From: the human T2T-CHM13v2.0 reference genome, Homo sapiens
DNA: 64,000 nt
Assembly (NCBI RefSeq): GCF_009914755.1
Contig: NC_060945.1
Reading direction: 5' to 3' (one strand)
Numbering within the stretch: the first letter of the stretch is position 1; each line of letters starts with the position of its first letter. The translations under genes and the position numbers were made by a program. Below, piece by piece: positions 1-13,678 of the stretch. Below the pieces are notes generated by a model. That model did no database searches. It worked only from the letters and a program-made list of their open reading frames with translations, and had not been told where the DNA came from.

Positions 1-3000
1 GACCAGGGGCAGGGCCAGGACCAGGGCTGTGCCAGGACAGAACAAGAGCAGAGCAGGGCAGTACCACAACCAGGCCATAGAGAGGGCAGGGCAAACGCCA
101 AGGCAAGGCCAGGGTAGTGCCAGGGCTGAGGCAAGGTCAGGGAAGGTCCAGGGCTGAGTCAAGACTAGAACCAAGACAGGGGCAAAGGCCGGGGCAGATC
201 TAGGGCACAAGCAGGCCAGGCTAGGGCAGGGCAATGGCAAGACCAGGCCATGGCAGGGCCAGCCCTGGATAGAACAGGGCACAGGCAGGGCAGGGCCAGG
301 GACGCGGCTGGGACAGGACAAGGACCAGGGCAAGGGCATGCCCAGGGCAGAGGTAGGGCCAGAGCCAGGGTCTGGGCAGGGACAAGTCAGGTCCATTCCA
401 GGGCCAGAGTTCAGACCAGGGCCAGGGCAGGGCCGGGGCAGGGCCATGGCAGGACCAGCAACAGGGCTAGGGCGAAGACAGGGACAGGGACAGGGTCAGG
501 GCTAGGGCCAGAATAGCATGCCAGGGTAGGGCCAGGGCAAATCAGGGCCAGGACAGGGTCAGGCCCAGGGCTAGGCCAGGTATGGCCTTAAGCAGCGAAG
601 GCCAGGGCCAAAGTCCATGCCAGGGCCAGGGCCAGTCCGGGGTAGGAGCATGGCCATGGCCAGGTCTAGGACAAGGCTGAGGCAGGGCCAAGGTCTGCGT
701 CAGGCCCAGCAAAAGACCAGGGCAGAGCCAGAGGAGGAGCAGAGCCATGGTAGGGCCAGGACAGGGATGGGCCAAGGCAGAGCCAGGTTAAATCAGGGTC
801 AAGACACCTTCAAATCCACTTCAGAGCCAGGGTCAGGGCAGGGCGAGTTCAGGGTCACGGCCAAGGGCTGGGGCTGTCAGGATCATTGGCAGGGCCAGGG
901 CCATGGCAGGACTAGGGTCAAGAGCAGCGGTCAATGCCGGGCCAAGGCCAGAACGAGGACCAGGTCTATGCTAGGGTCAGTGCGAGGGCCAAGGTGGGGT
1001 CAGGGCAGGGCCAAAGGCAGGGCAGTGCCAGGGCAGGGCAGGGTGGAGCAGGCCCAGGGTAGCACAGGGTGAAGGCAGGGCATGGCCAACAAGGGCAGGT
1101 CTATGGCGGGGGCAGGGCCAGGGCCAGGGCAGAGCCAAGACAGTGGCAGCTCCAGGGCAGGGCCAGGGTTAGGACCACGGACGTGTCCCAGTGTCCAAGG
1201 CCAGTGCCAGGGAAAGGGCAAGGGTAGGGGGCAGGGTCAGGGTCATCTAAAAACCAAGGACAAATCTAGGCCCAGAGCAGGGCCAGGATAGGTACCTGGC
1301 AGGGCCAGGGTCTGGGACAGGACCATGGCAGGGCCAGGGCCACAGCCAGGTCTGTGCTATAGCCAGGTACAAGACAGGGCCCAGGCAAGGCTAGGGTGAA
1401 GGCCAAGGTAGGGCCAGGGCAGGGTCAAAGCCAGGCTAGGACCAAGGCAGGGCCAGGACAGGCAGGATGGGTCCAGGAAAGCATAGGGCCAAGGCAGGGC
1501 AGGGCCAGGCCAGTGCCAAGACCTGGACAGGGCCAGGAAACAGCCAGGGCAGGGACAGGGCCATGGCCATGGCGTGGGCAGGACCAGGTTCGGGGCAGGA
1601 GCAAAAGAAGGGCAAGGACAGTGCAGGTTCTTGGCACAGCCGGGGTCCAGGACAGGGTCAGGGCAGGGCCAAGGCAGAGTCTGGGCCATGGTAAGACCAG
1701 CAACAGCACTAGGGCTAGGATAGTGACAGGGTCAGAATCAGGGCAAGGACCAGAGCAGTGCAAGGACAGGGTAGGGCCAGTATTTCAGGGTCAGGACAGG
1801 GTCAGGGCCAGGGCAGAACCAGGGTAAGGTCTCAAGCCAGGAAGGGCCAGGGCCAGGGCCAGGATAGGTCCAGGGGCTGCATTAGGGCAAGAGCAGGGCC
1901 AGACCAGGGTAAGGGTCAGGGCCAGGGCCAGGATAGGGACAGGGCAAGAAACATGGCAGGACCATGGGCAACACCAAGGCCAGAGCTGAGCCAGGGCTGA
2001 GTCAGAGCTGAGTCAGGGCTGAGTCAGGGCAAGGCATGGTATGGCCAGTGCAGGACAGGACCAGAGCCGGTCCATAGAGAGAGCAGGGCCGATGCCAAGG
2101 CAGAGCCAGGCTGGTGCCAAAGCTGAGGCAGTGTCAGGGCATGTCCAGGGCGGGGCCGGGGCCAGAACCGAGCCAGGGCACGGCCAAGGCAGGGTAAGGC
2201 AGGGCAATGGCATGGCCGGGTCAGTGCCAGGATGAGGCAGAACAGGGCAAGGCAATGGTAGGGGCAGAGCAGGGACAGGCCAAAACAGGGTCTAGTCACT
2301 TCAGGGCCAGGGCCAGGGCCAGGGCCATGGCAGGACAAAGGCCAGGGTCAGGGCCAGGTCTGGGCTAGGGCCAGGTCCAGAGCAGGCCGTAGCCAAGACT
2401 AGGGTGAGAGCCAAAGTAGGGCCCGGGCAGGGTCAAAGCCAGAGTAGGGTGAGGGCAGGGCCAGGGCAGGGTGATGACACAGCCAGAGCACGGCAGGGCA
2501 GGTTGGTGCCAAGACCAGGGGCAGACTACTGCCAGCTCAGGGCCAGGGAAAGGCCAGGGCCAGGACAGAACCAGGAAAGGGTCTGGGTCAGGGCCAGGAG
2601 CAAGGCAGAGCAGGGCCAGGGCCATGATAGAATCAGGGCAGGTCCTTAGCAGGATGAGGTTCCAGGCCAGGGCCAGGGCACAGGCAGGGGCAGGGCCTGG
2701 ATAAGGGCAGGGTCAGGGATATGGCAGGACCAGGGTCCAGGCCAGGGCCAGGGTCCAGGCTGGGCCAGGACAGGACCAGAGCCAGGCCATAGTGAGGGCA
2801 GGGCAAAAGCCATGGCAGGGTCAGGGCAGGTCCAGGGAGCGGCCAGTGCCAGGCAGGGCCAGGGCACAACCAGGGCAGGGTAAGGCAGGTCAGTGGCACC
2901 GCTGGGCCATGACAGGGCAAGGTCAGTGCCAGGAGAGGGCAGAACAGGCAGGGCCATGGTGGGGCCAGGGCAGGGACAGGCCAAGGCAGGGCCGGGACAA

Positions 3001-3365
3001 ATCAGGGCCAGGACATGTCCAAGGCCAGGTCAGGGCCAGAACAGGACCAGGACCATGACCATTGGCAGGGCCAGTGCCATGGCAGGGCCAGGATCAGGAC
3101 AGGAGGCAGGGCCAGAGCCAAAGCTGGGTCAGCGCAGATTCAGGGAAGGTCCAGGGCAGAGGTGGAGCCAGGGCCTGAGCCAGGGAAGGGCCAGTGCAAG
3201 GGCAGGACCAGAGCAGGGACAGGGTAGCAAAGGGCCAAGACAGGGCCAGGGTGGGACCAGAGCAGAGCAGGGCTGAGACAGTCCAGGTAATGGTAGGGCA
3301 GGTCCAGGGCAGGGCAGGGCAGTACAGGGCCAGGTCCACAGCACGGGCAGGGCATAGCCAGGCCC
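1..3365 (+). repeat. CAGGG-type G-rich degenerate tandem repeat (CAGGGC/GGGCA units), runs off the window start
   Basis: Continuous degenerate CAGGGC/CAGGAC/CAAGGC units with strong G-over-C strand skew. Matches the switch-region-like CAGGG repeats known from hominoid pericentromeric duplication boundaries. Confidence 0.85.
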
Positions 3366-3369
3366 ATTG

Positions 3370-4645
3370 TGAATGCATCAGCCCTCCCTACAAGGCTCCT
3401 ACCACCTGGCCGCTGCCACAGCCTGGCCACCGCTGTAGGCCTGCCCCAACCCTGGCCGCAGCCACCTGCCCTCCTACCGCTCCAGCACACTGCAGTCTGC
3501 ATTGCCCCCACGAGCCCACAGAGAAGTGAGCTGCGGCGTTGCAGGCTCCAGGTGTCTCCTCCTACTCCTGGCACGGAGCAGCTGGGACGGCAAAGCCAGA
3601 AAATCCTAGAGGAAGATGCAAGGGGTGGTAGCGTCAGAGCCTCACTTTGTCATGCCAGCCACTGGGTGGCAGGGGCCAGTTTCAGTGAAGGCACTCACAG
3701 CCACCCTTCAAAGTCCAGCCTCTCCTTTTGGCCCAAGCTGGCCAGAAACCGGGACCTGGGGTGGGTGCTGGAGACACCACAGTGCCTGGCTCCTCACTCC
3801 ACAGGAACTGCTGGGCCCACCTGGGCTGCACTCCTCGGGAAGCAGGAGCAGCAGAAACTCAGACCCAGCCAACCCTCTGCACCCAGGTGCCACTTCCTGT
3901 TCCGGATGCCTCCACATACAGGGCCCTGTCCTCAGTGGTGTCTGCTACTCCATACCAGGGGGTGCCAGGCAGTCTCTGTGGCACAGACTCAGAGTGCATG
4001 GGCCCAGGAACCACGGTGGGTATGGGGGCTCTGCCATGCTCAGGATTTCCACAGAAACACTGTGTGTCTGCCACGCTCCAGTATGAGCAAGAGTAGGTTG
4101 CCCTCTGGAGTGTGGAGTCCAGGGAGAGGAGAACCGCTCCTTCCTTGGATGCCACCACTGTCACTGCCAACTCTGCTGACCGTCACCAGCAGTGCAGCCC
4201 CCAACAGTACCCAACTTGCCCCCCTCCATGGCTAATCCTGCCCTCAATAGCGCCCCCCACCTCCACCCCCCCCCAACGCCACCAGCAGCGTATACCCAAT
4301 AGTGCCCTAACCTGTTCTCCTCTATGGGCACTGCAGCACCAGAGAGCGCCCATAACACACCCCCCACCATGGGCAGTGCAGCCCCATATAATGCTACCAA
4401 CCAGTACCCCCAATGCAGGCAGTGACACCCTAGATAGCACCCCCAACCCACCCCACACTGTGAAAAGTGCAGCCCTGATAGCCCCTGTCCTACCACTCTG
4501 GTCATGCTGCAGTCTCTGTTACCACCACCACCAGCCACAGTGAGGCAAGCCACTGGGCCGCAGGCTCTAGCCTCCAGCAGCTGGGCAGGGAGCAGCTCTT
4601 GCTGATGGCGGCCTGCTACCACTCCAACCACGCTGCTGTCTCCAT
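3370..4645. repeat. GC-rich REP522-like block, left part (C-rich ~45-55 bp units)
   Basis: Units like CAGCAGTGCAGCCCC..ATAGCGCCCCCAACC at 4180-4480. 4485-4580 (and more weakly 3470-3560) resembles the reverse complement of 6510-6625. Family name from memory of REP522 as a largely palindromic repeat. Confidence 0.55.
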
Positions 4646-4649
4646 GGCC

Positions 4650-5945
4650 ATCTTCTTTGACTACAAAAGAATAAAACTAGGTATCAATAAGAAGAGTAAT
4701 TTTGGAAACCATACAGTCACATGGAAGTTAAACAGTACGCTCCTGAATGAATGACTAGTGGGTCAATGAAGATACTAAGATGGAAATTGAAAAATTTCAT
4801 GAAACAAATGGTAATGAAGACACAATATACCAAAACTTATGATATGCCAAAAACAGTACAAAGGAAGAGATTCATAGCTGTAAGTGCCTACCATCCAAAC
4901 AGAAGAAAAACTTCAAATAAACCATACATCTTAAAGAACTAGTAAAGTAAGAACAAACTAAACCCAAAATAAGAAAAGAAATAATAAAGATCATAGCAGA
5001 AATAAAATTGAAGTTAAAAAAATACACAATATTAAACAAAAAGTTGGTTTTCTGGAAAGCTACACAAAACTGACAAACTTTTAGCCAGGCTGACTAAGAA
5101 GAAAGAGAGAAGATTCAAATAAATAAAATCAAAAAATAAAATAGGAGACATTACAACTGATACTTCAGAAATTCAAAGGATCTTAACTGGCTATTATATG
5201 CCAATAAATTGGAAAGCCTAGTAGAAATCCTAGACGCATACAACCTACCTAGTTTGAACAGTGAAAACATCCAAGACCAGAACAGATCGGTAACAAGTAA
5301 TGAGATCGAAACCATCAGAAAAAGTCTCCCAGTAAAGAAAATCCAGGAACTGATGGCTTCACTGCTGATGGCTTCACACCACACATTTACAGACCTAGTA
5401 CCAATCCTACTCAAACTATTTTGAAAAACAGCAGGGAATACTTCCAAACTTATTCTGTGGGGCCATTATTACCCTCATACCAAAATCAGACAAAGACATC
5501 AAAGAAGGAAACTACAGGCCAGTATCTCTAATATTGGTGCAAAAATCCTCAACAAAATACCAGCAAATCAAATTCAGCAATACATTAAAAAGATAATTCA
5601 TCAGGATCAAGTGGGATGTATCCCTGGGATGCAAGGGTCATTCAACACTCAATGTGATACATCATATCAACCAAATAAACGACAAAACAGTATGATTATG
5701 TCAACTGAAACTGAAAAAGCATTTGATGAAATTCAGCATTCCTTCATGTTATAAGTCCTCAAAAAACCAGGTACAGAAGAAACATACTGCAACATAATAA
5801 AAACCACATGAGAGAGACTCACAGCTAGAATCATATGGAATGGGGGAAAATGGAAAGCTTTTCCTCTAAGATCTGGAACATGATAAGGATGCCCACTGTC
5901 ACCACTGTTACGTAACATAGTACTGGAAATCCTAGCTAAAGCAAT
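4650..5945 (+). mobile_element. Old LINE-1 ORF2 fragment (internal, up to the RT domain), decayed
   Basis: A-rich L1 sequence. Degenerate RT motif near 5850-5940 (GCTTTTCCTCTAAGATCTGGAACA..GGATGCCCACT..AACATAGTACTGGAAATCCTAGC, about AFPLRSGT..GCPL..NIVLEILA). Many stops. Confidence 0.92.
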
Positions 5946-7800
5946 CAGTGCAGCCCCTGATATGGCCCCCAACCCACCTTGCCCGCTGCCACCAGCAGTG
6001 TAGCCGCCCCCCGATAGCGCACCCAGCACACCCAAACTGCCCCCTCTTCCCGCACCATGGGCATTGCAGCACCCCATAGTGCCTAAACCCAAACCCCCCC
6101 CCCCACCCGCACCCCCGAGCAGTGCAGCCCTGGATAGCACCCTTAACCCACCTCACTGCTGCCGGCAATACAGTCTGGGATAGTGCCCCCAACTAGCAGG
6201 CCTAGCGGTTTTCTTTCATCCAATCAGAACATAAAGTCCAGGAACCTGGCTTGCATAACCTCAGTATATAAAGCATGCTAAGGGGGAGTTGCGCCATTGC
6301 AGGCTGTTGTACCTCAGCGTTCCCAGCCTCTCAGTTCGCACCTTAGAGAAGGCGAAAGCAGAGTCCCCCGCCACACGCTGGGGGCTGGAGGCTGGATCCT
6401 GTGGCACCAGGGCTTGCCTCTGCATAGTGTGTGGTGGTGATGGAGACAGGCGACTGGCAGCGAGAGCTGTTCCTTGCCTGGATACAGGAAGGGAAAGAGG
6501 AGGCACCTACCACAGGCTGGAGGCTAGAGTCTGTGGGACTGCGGCTGGCCTCGCTGGCTCGCCTCGCTGCTGTGGGTGGCAGCAGCGGACACTGCAGCCG
6601 GCCAGAGCGTAGAAAGGTGATGGGGTAGATGCGCTATCCCGGGCTACATTGCCCGCGGCCGGGGGCTGCTAGGGGTGTTATTCCGGGCGTCACTACTTTA
6701 GGTGTGCTATCCCGGGCTGCGCTGCCCGCAGCAGCGGGGGGGGCAGGTTGGGGGCACTATCCTGGGCTGTATTGCCAGCAGCAGTAGGGCTGGTTGGGGG
6801 CCCTATTGGGTGCTACACTGCCCGCGACAGGGGGCGGGTTAGGGCCGCTACTGTGGTTACACTGCCGGCGGCGCCGGGGTGGGGGGACTGGTCGGGGTGC
6901 TGACTGGTCTGGCTTCATTGCCCATAGTGGGGTGGGGGGTGGTATGGGGGCTGCACCGCCTGCGGCGGGGGGCTTGTTGGGGGCGCTATCTGGGGCTGCA
7001 GTGCCCCCCGCAGGGGATAGGTTAGGGGGAGTATCCCGTGATACACTGCAGGTGGAGTGGGGCGGGAAAGGGGGGTACAGGGAGGTGATTGGAGGGGGTG
7101 GTTTCAGGCGCTATCGCGGGCCAGACTGCTCATGATAGAGGGGGGCGTTGGGTGCGCTATTGGCTACACTGCCAGCGGCAAGGGACAGTTTGGGGGCGAT
7201 ACCCCTCCAGTGGTGGGTGGGCAGGTGTGGTGGGTTGTGGGCACCATTAGGGGGCTGTACTGTGGTCAGTGGGAGCGAGTTAGGGGAGCTATCAGCTGCT
7301 GCACTGCCTGTGGCGGGAGTCAGGTTTGGTGCGCTATCGGGACCATATTCTTGGTAGTGGCATACGGGTTAGGGGAGCTGTCGGGGGCTAAGCCGTCCAC
7401 GGGGGGTGCGGGTTGGGTGCGCTATCCAGGGCATCACACCCCGCAGCTGGGGTATGGTTGGGGGTGCTCTTCGCTATCTGGGACTGCATTGCCCATCGTG
7501 GGGAGCGGGTTGGGGGCCTTAAGGATCCGTGGCTGCACTATTCACGGCGGGGATCAGGTTGCAGCGCTTTCTGGGGCGTCGCTGCCCGCGGCAGGGGGGT
7601 TGGTTGCGGGTCCAGTCCGTGGCTGCATGGCCCACGGCAGGGGGCAGGTTGGGGGAGTTATCTGGTGCTGCAACGTCTGAGGCGGGGACGGGTTGGGGGC
7701 GCTGTTGGGTTCTACGCTGCAGCGGCGAGGGGAGGGTGTTAGGGGCGCCATCCCGGGTCCAACAGCTGGCGGCGGGTTAGGGGCGCTATCGGGGTGCCCT
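5946..7800. repeat. REP522-like palindromic block: C-rich arm 5946-6195, core 6196-6620, G-rich arm 6621-7800
   Basis: Right-arm units GGTTGGGGGCGCTATCCGGGGCTGCACTGC are the reverse complement of left-arm units GCAGTGCAGCCCCGGATAGCGCCCCCAACC. Confidence 0.6.
6215..6280 (+). promoter_or_regulatory. CCAAT box plus TATA box in the core between the inverted arms
   Basis: CCAATCAG near 6221 and TATATAAAG near 6266, in normal order and spacing. Activity unknown. Confidence 0.35.
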
Positions 7801-8660
7801 GAAGGACACTCTGGTGGCCGCGAAGTGCCCTTGCCAGCACCCGATCTCCCTTCCGAGGAGAAGCAGGGCGGGCCGCAAGGCCAGACAGGCCATCCTCCTC
7901 AGGCCGGGCTGGCTGAGCGCGTGCGATTCTGGGGCTGCCCAGGCGAGCCCAGGAGAACCGGCGAGCCCAGCGGCGCCTGCCCGCAGCTGCACCCCCACCT
8001 GCCAGCGCGTGCCGCTTCCCAGCGACTTCCGGGAGCCCGGCGGCCACCGCGGTGCAGGCGCGCACCCAACGGCTTTGCCAGGCTCACTCGGTCTGAGAGG
8101 TCGGAGGCTGCGAGTGTCGTTGCTGAAGGCTGTAGTGGACCGGGCTGGATCGCGGATTTTGGAGATCATAGATTTCGGATCGCGGATTGGGAGTTGGATC
8201 TCGGATTGGGGGTTGGATCGGGGATTTGGGGTTGGATAGGTGATTTGGGGCTGGGTCGGCGGGGGCGGGGGGTGGTAGTGAAAAGGTGACAGGGAGCTGC
8301 CCCTTCTCAAGAGCCGGTGATTGGGGGTCTGAGAAGTCACCACCATGAAGTTGTTCGGCTTCGGGAGCCGCAGGGGCCACATGGTCCTGGACTCCATAGA
8401 CCACGTCTACACGGCTTCCGGGTACCGAATCCGGCACTCCGAACTGCAGAAGATCCACAAGGCGGCTGTCAAGGGCGACGCCACGGAGGTGGAGCGCTGT
8501 CTGGCGCGCAGGAGCGGAGACCTGGACGCCCTGGACAAGCAGCAAAGGTAGCGGGGGCTCAGCCCGGGGTGGGAGGGGGTCCCCAGGCGCGGCTTTCCGG
8601 CAGCCCCTGGGACGGGGGCCTTGGAGGTCGCCGGGCACCCTCTGAGCGGCGGAGCCAAAC
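7700..8660. promoter_or_regulatory. CpG island over the ANKRD20A-type promoter and exon 1
   Basis: High GC and dense CpG that drop abruptly to AT-rich intron at ~8700. Confidence 0.75.
8345..8547 (+). CDS. ANKRD20A: ANKRD20A-type coding exon 1
   Basis: CACCACCATG Kozak context, 203 nt, AG|GTAGCG donor. Confidence 0.9.
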
Positions 8661-9595
8661 GGACCCTGAGCTGTTTTCCATCCCTTATAATTCCCTGGCT
8701 GGAGCAGTTGGTGGAGAATTTGAGTGATTTAACTCACAAATTTAAGCATATACAGTGTTGTTATTTTTAACGTACACGTTTAAAACATGGTATATATACA
8801 TTATAGGAGGTGCCTGATGAGAGAACTCATTTCCCTCTCAAAAATACCGTGAGTTATTTTCAGTAGGCGAAAAGTTCTCAGATAAAACTGTCCGTTTTAC
8901 ATCCGTATCCCCCTGTGTAGGTAGGTTCTTTACTGAAGGTTCTTAGAGAGAAACTTGGAAGTGGGAGGTGGCTTCTGTGTTCTTGAATGGGAAGGCACAT
9001 TTTTCCCAACATGTGAGCTCTTTCTGTGTTAATCAGTTTTACATAGACCGAATGAAAATATCAAGGTTTTAAGATTTTTGTATGACACCTGCTGTCTTTC
9101 GCTATTGTGATGACATTTTAAAAAATTTCATAATGGAGTGAAAAAACACTTGCTCCTCTAGATAGCAAAATGTGCTATTAATTTCTACAATTAATTGTTT
9201 ACTAACAGCTGAAAAGACAGATAAACGCATGGAACAGAATAGGCAACCCAGAAACACTAAAATTATGTAAGATATACATAAGGATTGATGAGTAGGAAAG
9301 GATGAATTATTAATAAAAAAAAGTCTGCTGTTTGAAGAAAACTAATGAAATTTTATGTCACAAACAAAGTTCCTGATGGAATACAGATTGAAATTTTTAC
9401 ATATGCAAATGAGTAAAGTACCAGAAGAAAACACAAACGCTTATTTTGCAGGTACACTTTATGTTGACAAAAGCCTTCCTAAGAATGACCTCATAAGCAG
9501 ACATTCTGAAGGTTGATTTAGCAAACTAAAAATTAAAACTGCCTGTGTTTCAGAAAAAAAAAACAACAAAAGAGAACTTACTTGAAAAATATTAA

Positions 9596-10045
<450 letters not shown>

Positions 10046-11920
10046 TAATCTGTAATATATATATCAGTTGTATATACACATTAGATGAAAAGTTGTATGT
10101 ATATATACACATTAGATGAAAAGTACATTTTCATTTTACAGGGAATTCTTTCAAATCTAATCATCAAAAACTCTAAAACTGGGCAAAGTACTTTTTTCCA
10201 GATCTACAAGTTACTTGTGTACGTAGGAAAAAGTCCTTCACATTTCTAGTATAAGAATTTAAAATAAAAGAGGAATGAAACAGTTTTCTATCCACAATAT
10301 TTGTGAGGATGTTTTACACTCCTGCTTAAAGTCTAAGTTGCTGATTACTTTTCAAATAGGTAATTTGGTGGTAAGTACTACATTTAAAAAATATGTATGC
10401 CCTTTACCCATCAATTCCATTATACTAAAACACACTTAGGAAATAAAGATACATGCACTTTATTTTTTGCAACACTTACTTTAAAAAGAACCCATAGAAT
10501 GGATCCTATAAATAAATTTCAGTTGCATCCGTAGGATGGAATAATATGTGACCGTTGAAGGTGGCAATAGATACAGAAGTACATTGATGTGTGAAGATGT
10601 ATTTTGTTATAGCTAGCGAGGAAAAAAAATCAGTTAAATTATACATACACACAAATATACTATGGTCTTGTTTTAGCAAAAAATATGTACAAAATATAAA
10701 ATTTGTAATTTCTGAGCAATTGTATTTTAAGTAAAGTTCTTTTCCTTTTTCTTATCTGTGATTGCTGCAGTGAGCGTGTACAAAGCTTCTAGTAAAGTTT
10801 ATTAATAAAGGAATAATCCTTGGGAAGAGAGGAATATGAATCTTACAATATTAAAAATAATTTCTCGCTTTCTATTTTTATCATTATTTTGTGTATTGTT
10901 ATCTTCTTTGAACTTTTAGCCTCTTCAGAAGTAAAAAGGGAATGTTTTTATCTGTTTCCAGATTTTATTTTCTGTATATATTATTATGAACATGGTTTTC
11001 TTATATATTCACTCAATTTATGCAAACAATGATAGATTAATAATTTCATTTCAATTGTATTCTTTAAAAATAAAAATAATATATAAATACTATTGCAAAA
11101 ATATTGCTTTATAAGAGTTTATTTAAAAATATCGATCTCCCCAACTGTATTTATCCATTCTTTCATTCCATTTATTCATCAAACATAACCTGAGTACCTG
11201 TTATGTAGCAGACATATTCTACTATCTCTCAGGACGCTTCTATCCTTAAAAACTACATGTTTACCTGCCCTGCCTGCACAAGCTGAGAGATTTAATATAG
11301 GAATATTGGGACTTAATCTCCTTGAAACTTTATCTCCCACCTTTCAAACAAAAGCATTTCTGAACTTAGAAAATAGTAGAAGATAACCTTTAACTGCTCT
11401 TTGAAAAGTTTATCAGTCTTAAATACTAATATTAATCATTGGAAAGTGTTATTTGCATATATTCTGTAAGTATTATAAGTATTGAATAAAATGAGCCATG
11501 TGTATTCATTTGAATCATGAGTTTCCTTTGGCTTCAATTTGTTTGAAAATGAAGGAATTAATTTTTTTAAAAAAATGCATTATTGTTATTTCAGTGCTCT
11601 TTCCCCATAGTACCTTTAAGAACTAAAATGTATTTAAGTGCCAGTTATATGCCTAGAACTGCCCTAGACCTGCTGAGTATACCATATTCTACTTAATGTA
11701 AGGTCTCATGGATTGTGTGATACCCCGCTATTTTATATATCAATAAGATAATTTTTAAAGTGCTACCAATTATAGTTATAATAATATAAGTGGCATTCCA
11801 ATGTCAGAGGTATTAAAATGTGACCTACTCTTTAAGCCATCCTGCAAAGTAGGTGTAATTGTATCTTTTACCTAATTAAAATGTTTTTGTTAAGTAGTAA
11901 TAGTAACAATTATAATATCT

Positions 11921-12210
11921 GGCTGGGTGCAGTGACTCACACCTGTAATCCCAGAACTTTGGGAGGCTGAGGTGAGAGGATTGCTTGATGCCAGGAGTTT
12001 GAGACCATCCTGGGCAACAAAGTGAGATTCTTACTCTACAAAAATTTTTAAATAGCTGGGCATGCTGGTGCACATCTGTAGTCCCAGCTACTCAGGAGGC
12101 TGGGGATGGAAGATCGCTTGAGCCCAGGAGTTCAGGCTGCAGTGAGCTATAGTTACATCATTGCACTCCAGCCTGGGCAAAAGAGTGAGACTTGTCTCAA
12201 AAACAAAAAT
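11921..12210 (+). mobile_element. AluJ-like element
   Basis: GGCTGGGTGCAGTG..; GAGCCCAGGAGTTC..GGCTGCAGTGAGCTAT diagnostic of AluJ. Confidence 0.93.
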
Positions 12211-12573
12211 CTTACAATTATTGAGTTGTAGGAACTATTCTAAATACATAGCTTCTCATTTAAGCATCACGATGGTGTCCTATGAGATAGCTACTATTGT
12301 CATCTTCATTAATGAGGAAGTTGAGGCACAGAAAGGCTAAGAAATAGTTGGTAAGTGACAGGGTTTAAAGTAGGACTCAAACCCTAATTGAACTGAATCC
12401 AAAGACTGAGCTCTTTCTATTCAAATAGGCTGCTGTTTTCATTAAGGCAATGAGCAATCAGAGCTAGTAAGTATTGTACTTTCTTCAAAAAAAAAAATAA
12501 GTATTTGTTTTGAAGGCAGAGGAAAAACATGCTATTCATTTTTTACAGTTACATGAATGATTGTATGTTTTGA

Positions 12574-12738
<165 letters not shown>

Positions 12739-12885
12739 TAGAGCCAACTCTTTTAGCATGACATGGATTTGATTTGCATACATAGAATTAAAATAAATTG
12801 ATCTCATTTACATATAACTAGTTGGTGAAACCTGTGGAATGTGTATTTTGAATTCTTGGAATTTACAATCTATTTCTTGGTCTAA

Positions 12886-13071
<186 letters not shown>

Positions 13072-13636
13072 TAGATCAATCAACTTTCTTCCCAAAATAT
13101 TTGTTTTAACATTGACATAGGTAAGGGTCATTTTTTTATATTTGGAAGCTCAACCATTCCCTGAATGCAAATGCAAATTATTTTGAAATAATTGTCTAAG
13201 ATTTTATTTTAAATATTGATACTTTTAAAGGAGCATTAAAGGGTATGGCTTTATAAAATGCACTTTGGAAAATATTTGTGAATTTGTTAAAGGTAAAACC
13301 TTTTCAACTTTTTTTCTGTGGAGGGTTATTCTTTCCTCCCCCCCCCCCCCAGTTAGTGTAAAACAACACAGGAAAGAAATTATGCCCTGGAAATAGGCTT
13401 TATCTTAAAACTCAAACAAAACTAAAGCAACTTACAATAAGTGGATATGTTGCTGCTGCTAATTTTCTGAAAAACCGATGTATCATCTCTCAGTGGCACA
13501 AGGCTTAACAGGGGAAAATGGGAAGGGAAAAGGAGAGCAATCAGAAATATGCAGGTCACTTGGAAATTAGGTAATGAGCGAAAATGCCAAGAATAGTTTT
13601 TTTTTTTCTCTTAGTTTGTTGTTCTTCCAGTTTATG

Positions 13637-13678
13637 CCTAAAACTTAAAGTATAGTAATAATAATAATAAAAAAAAAA
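13637..13678 (+). mobile_element. Extreme 3' stub of a primate L1PA plus A-tail, at the duplication junction
   Basis: CCTAAAACTTAAAGTATAGTAATAATAATAATAAAAAAAAAA matches the L1PA terminus (..CCCTAAAACTTAAAGTATAATAA(A)n). Confidence 0.8.

Noticed and set aside
250-3574. Dozens of Gly/Gln/Arg/Ala/Pro-rich ORFs on both strands
   Set aside because: They are translations of the stop-poor CAGGG repeat, with no domain or splice structure.
3369-4235. 288-aa ORF as a possible processed pseudogene
   Set aside because: I could not recognise any protein family, and part of it resembles the neighbouring GC-rich repeat. A tblastx search would settle it.
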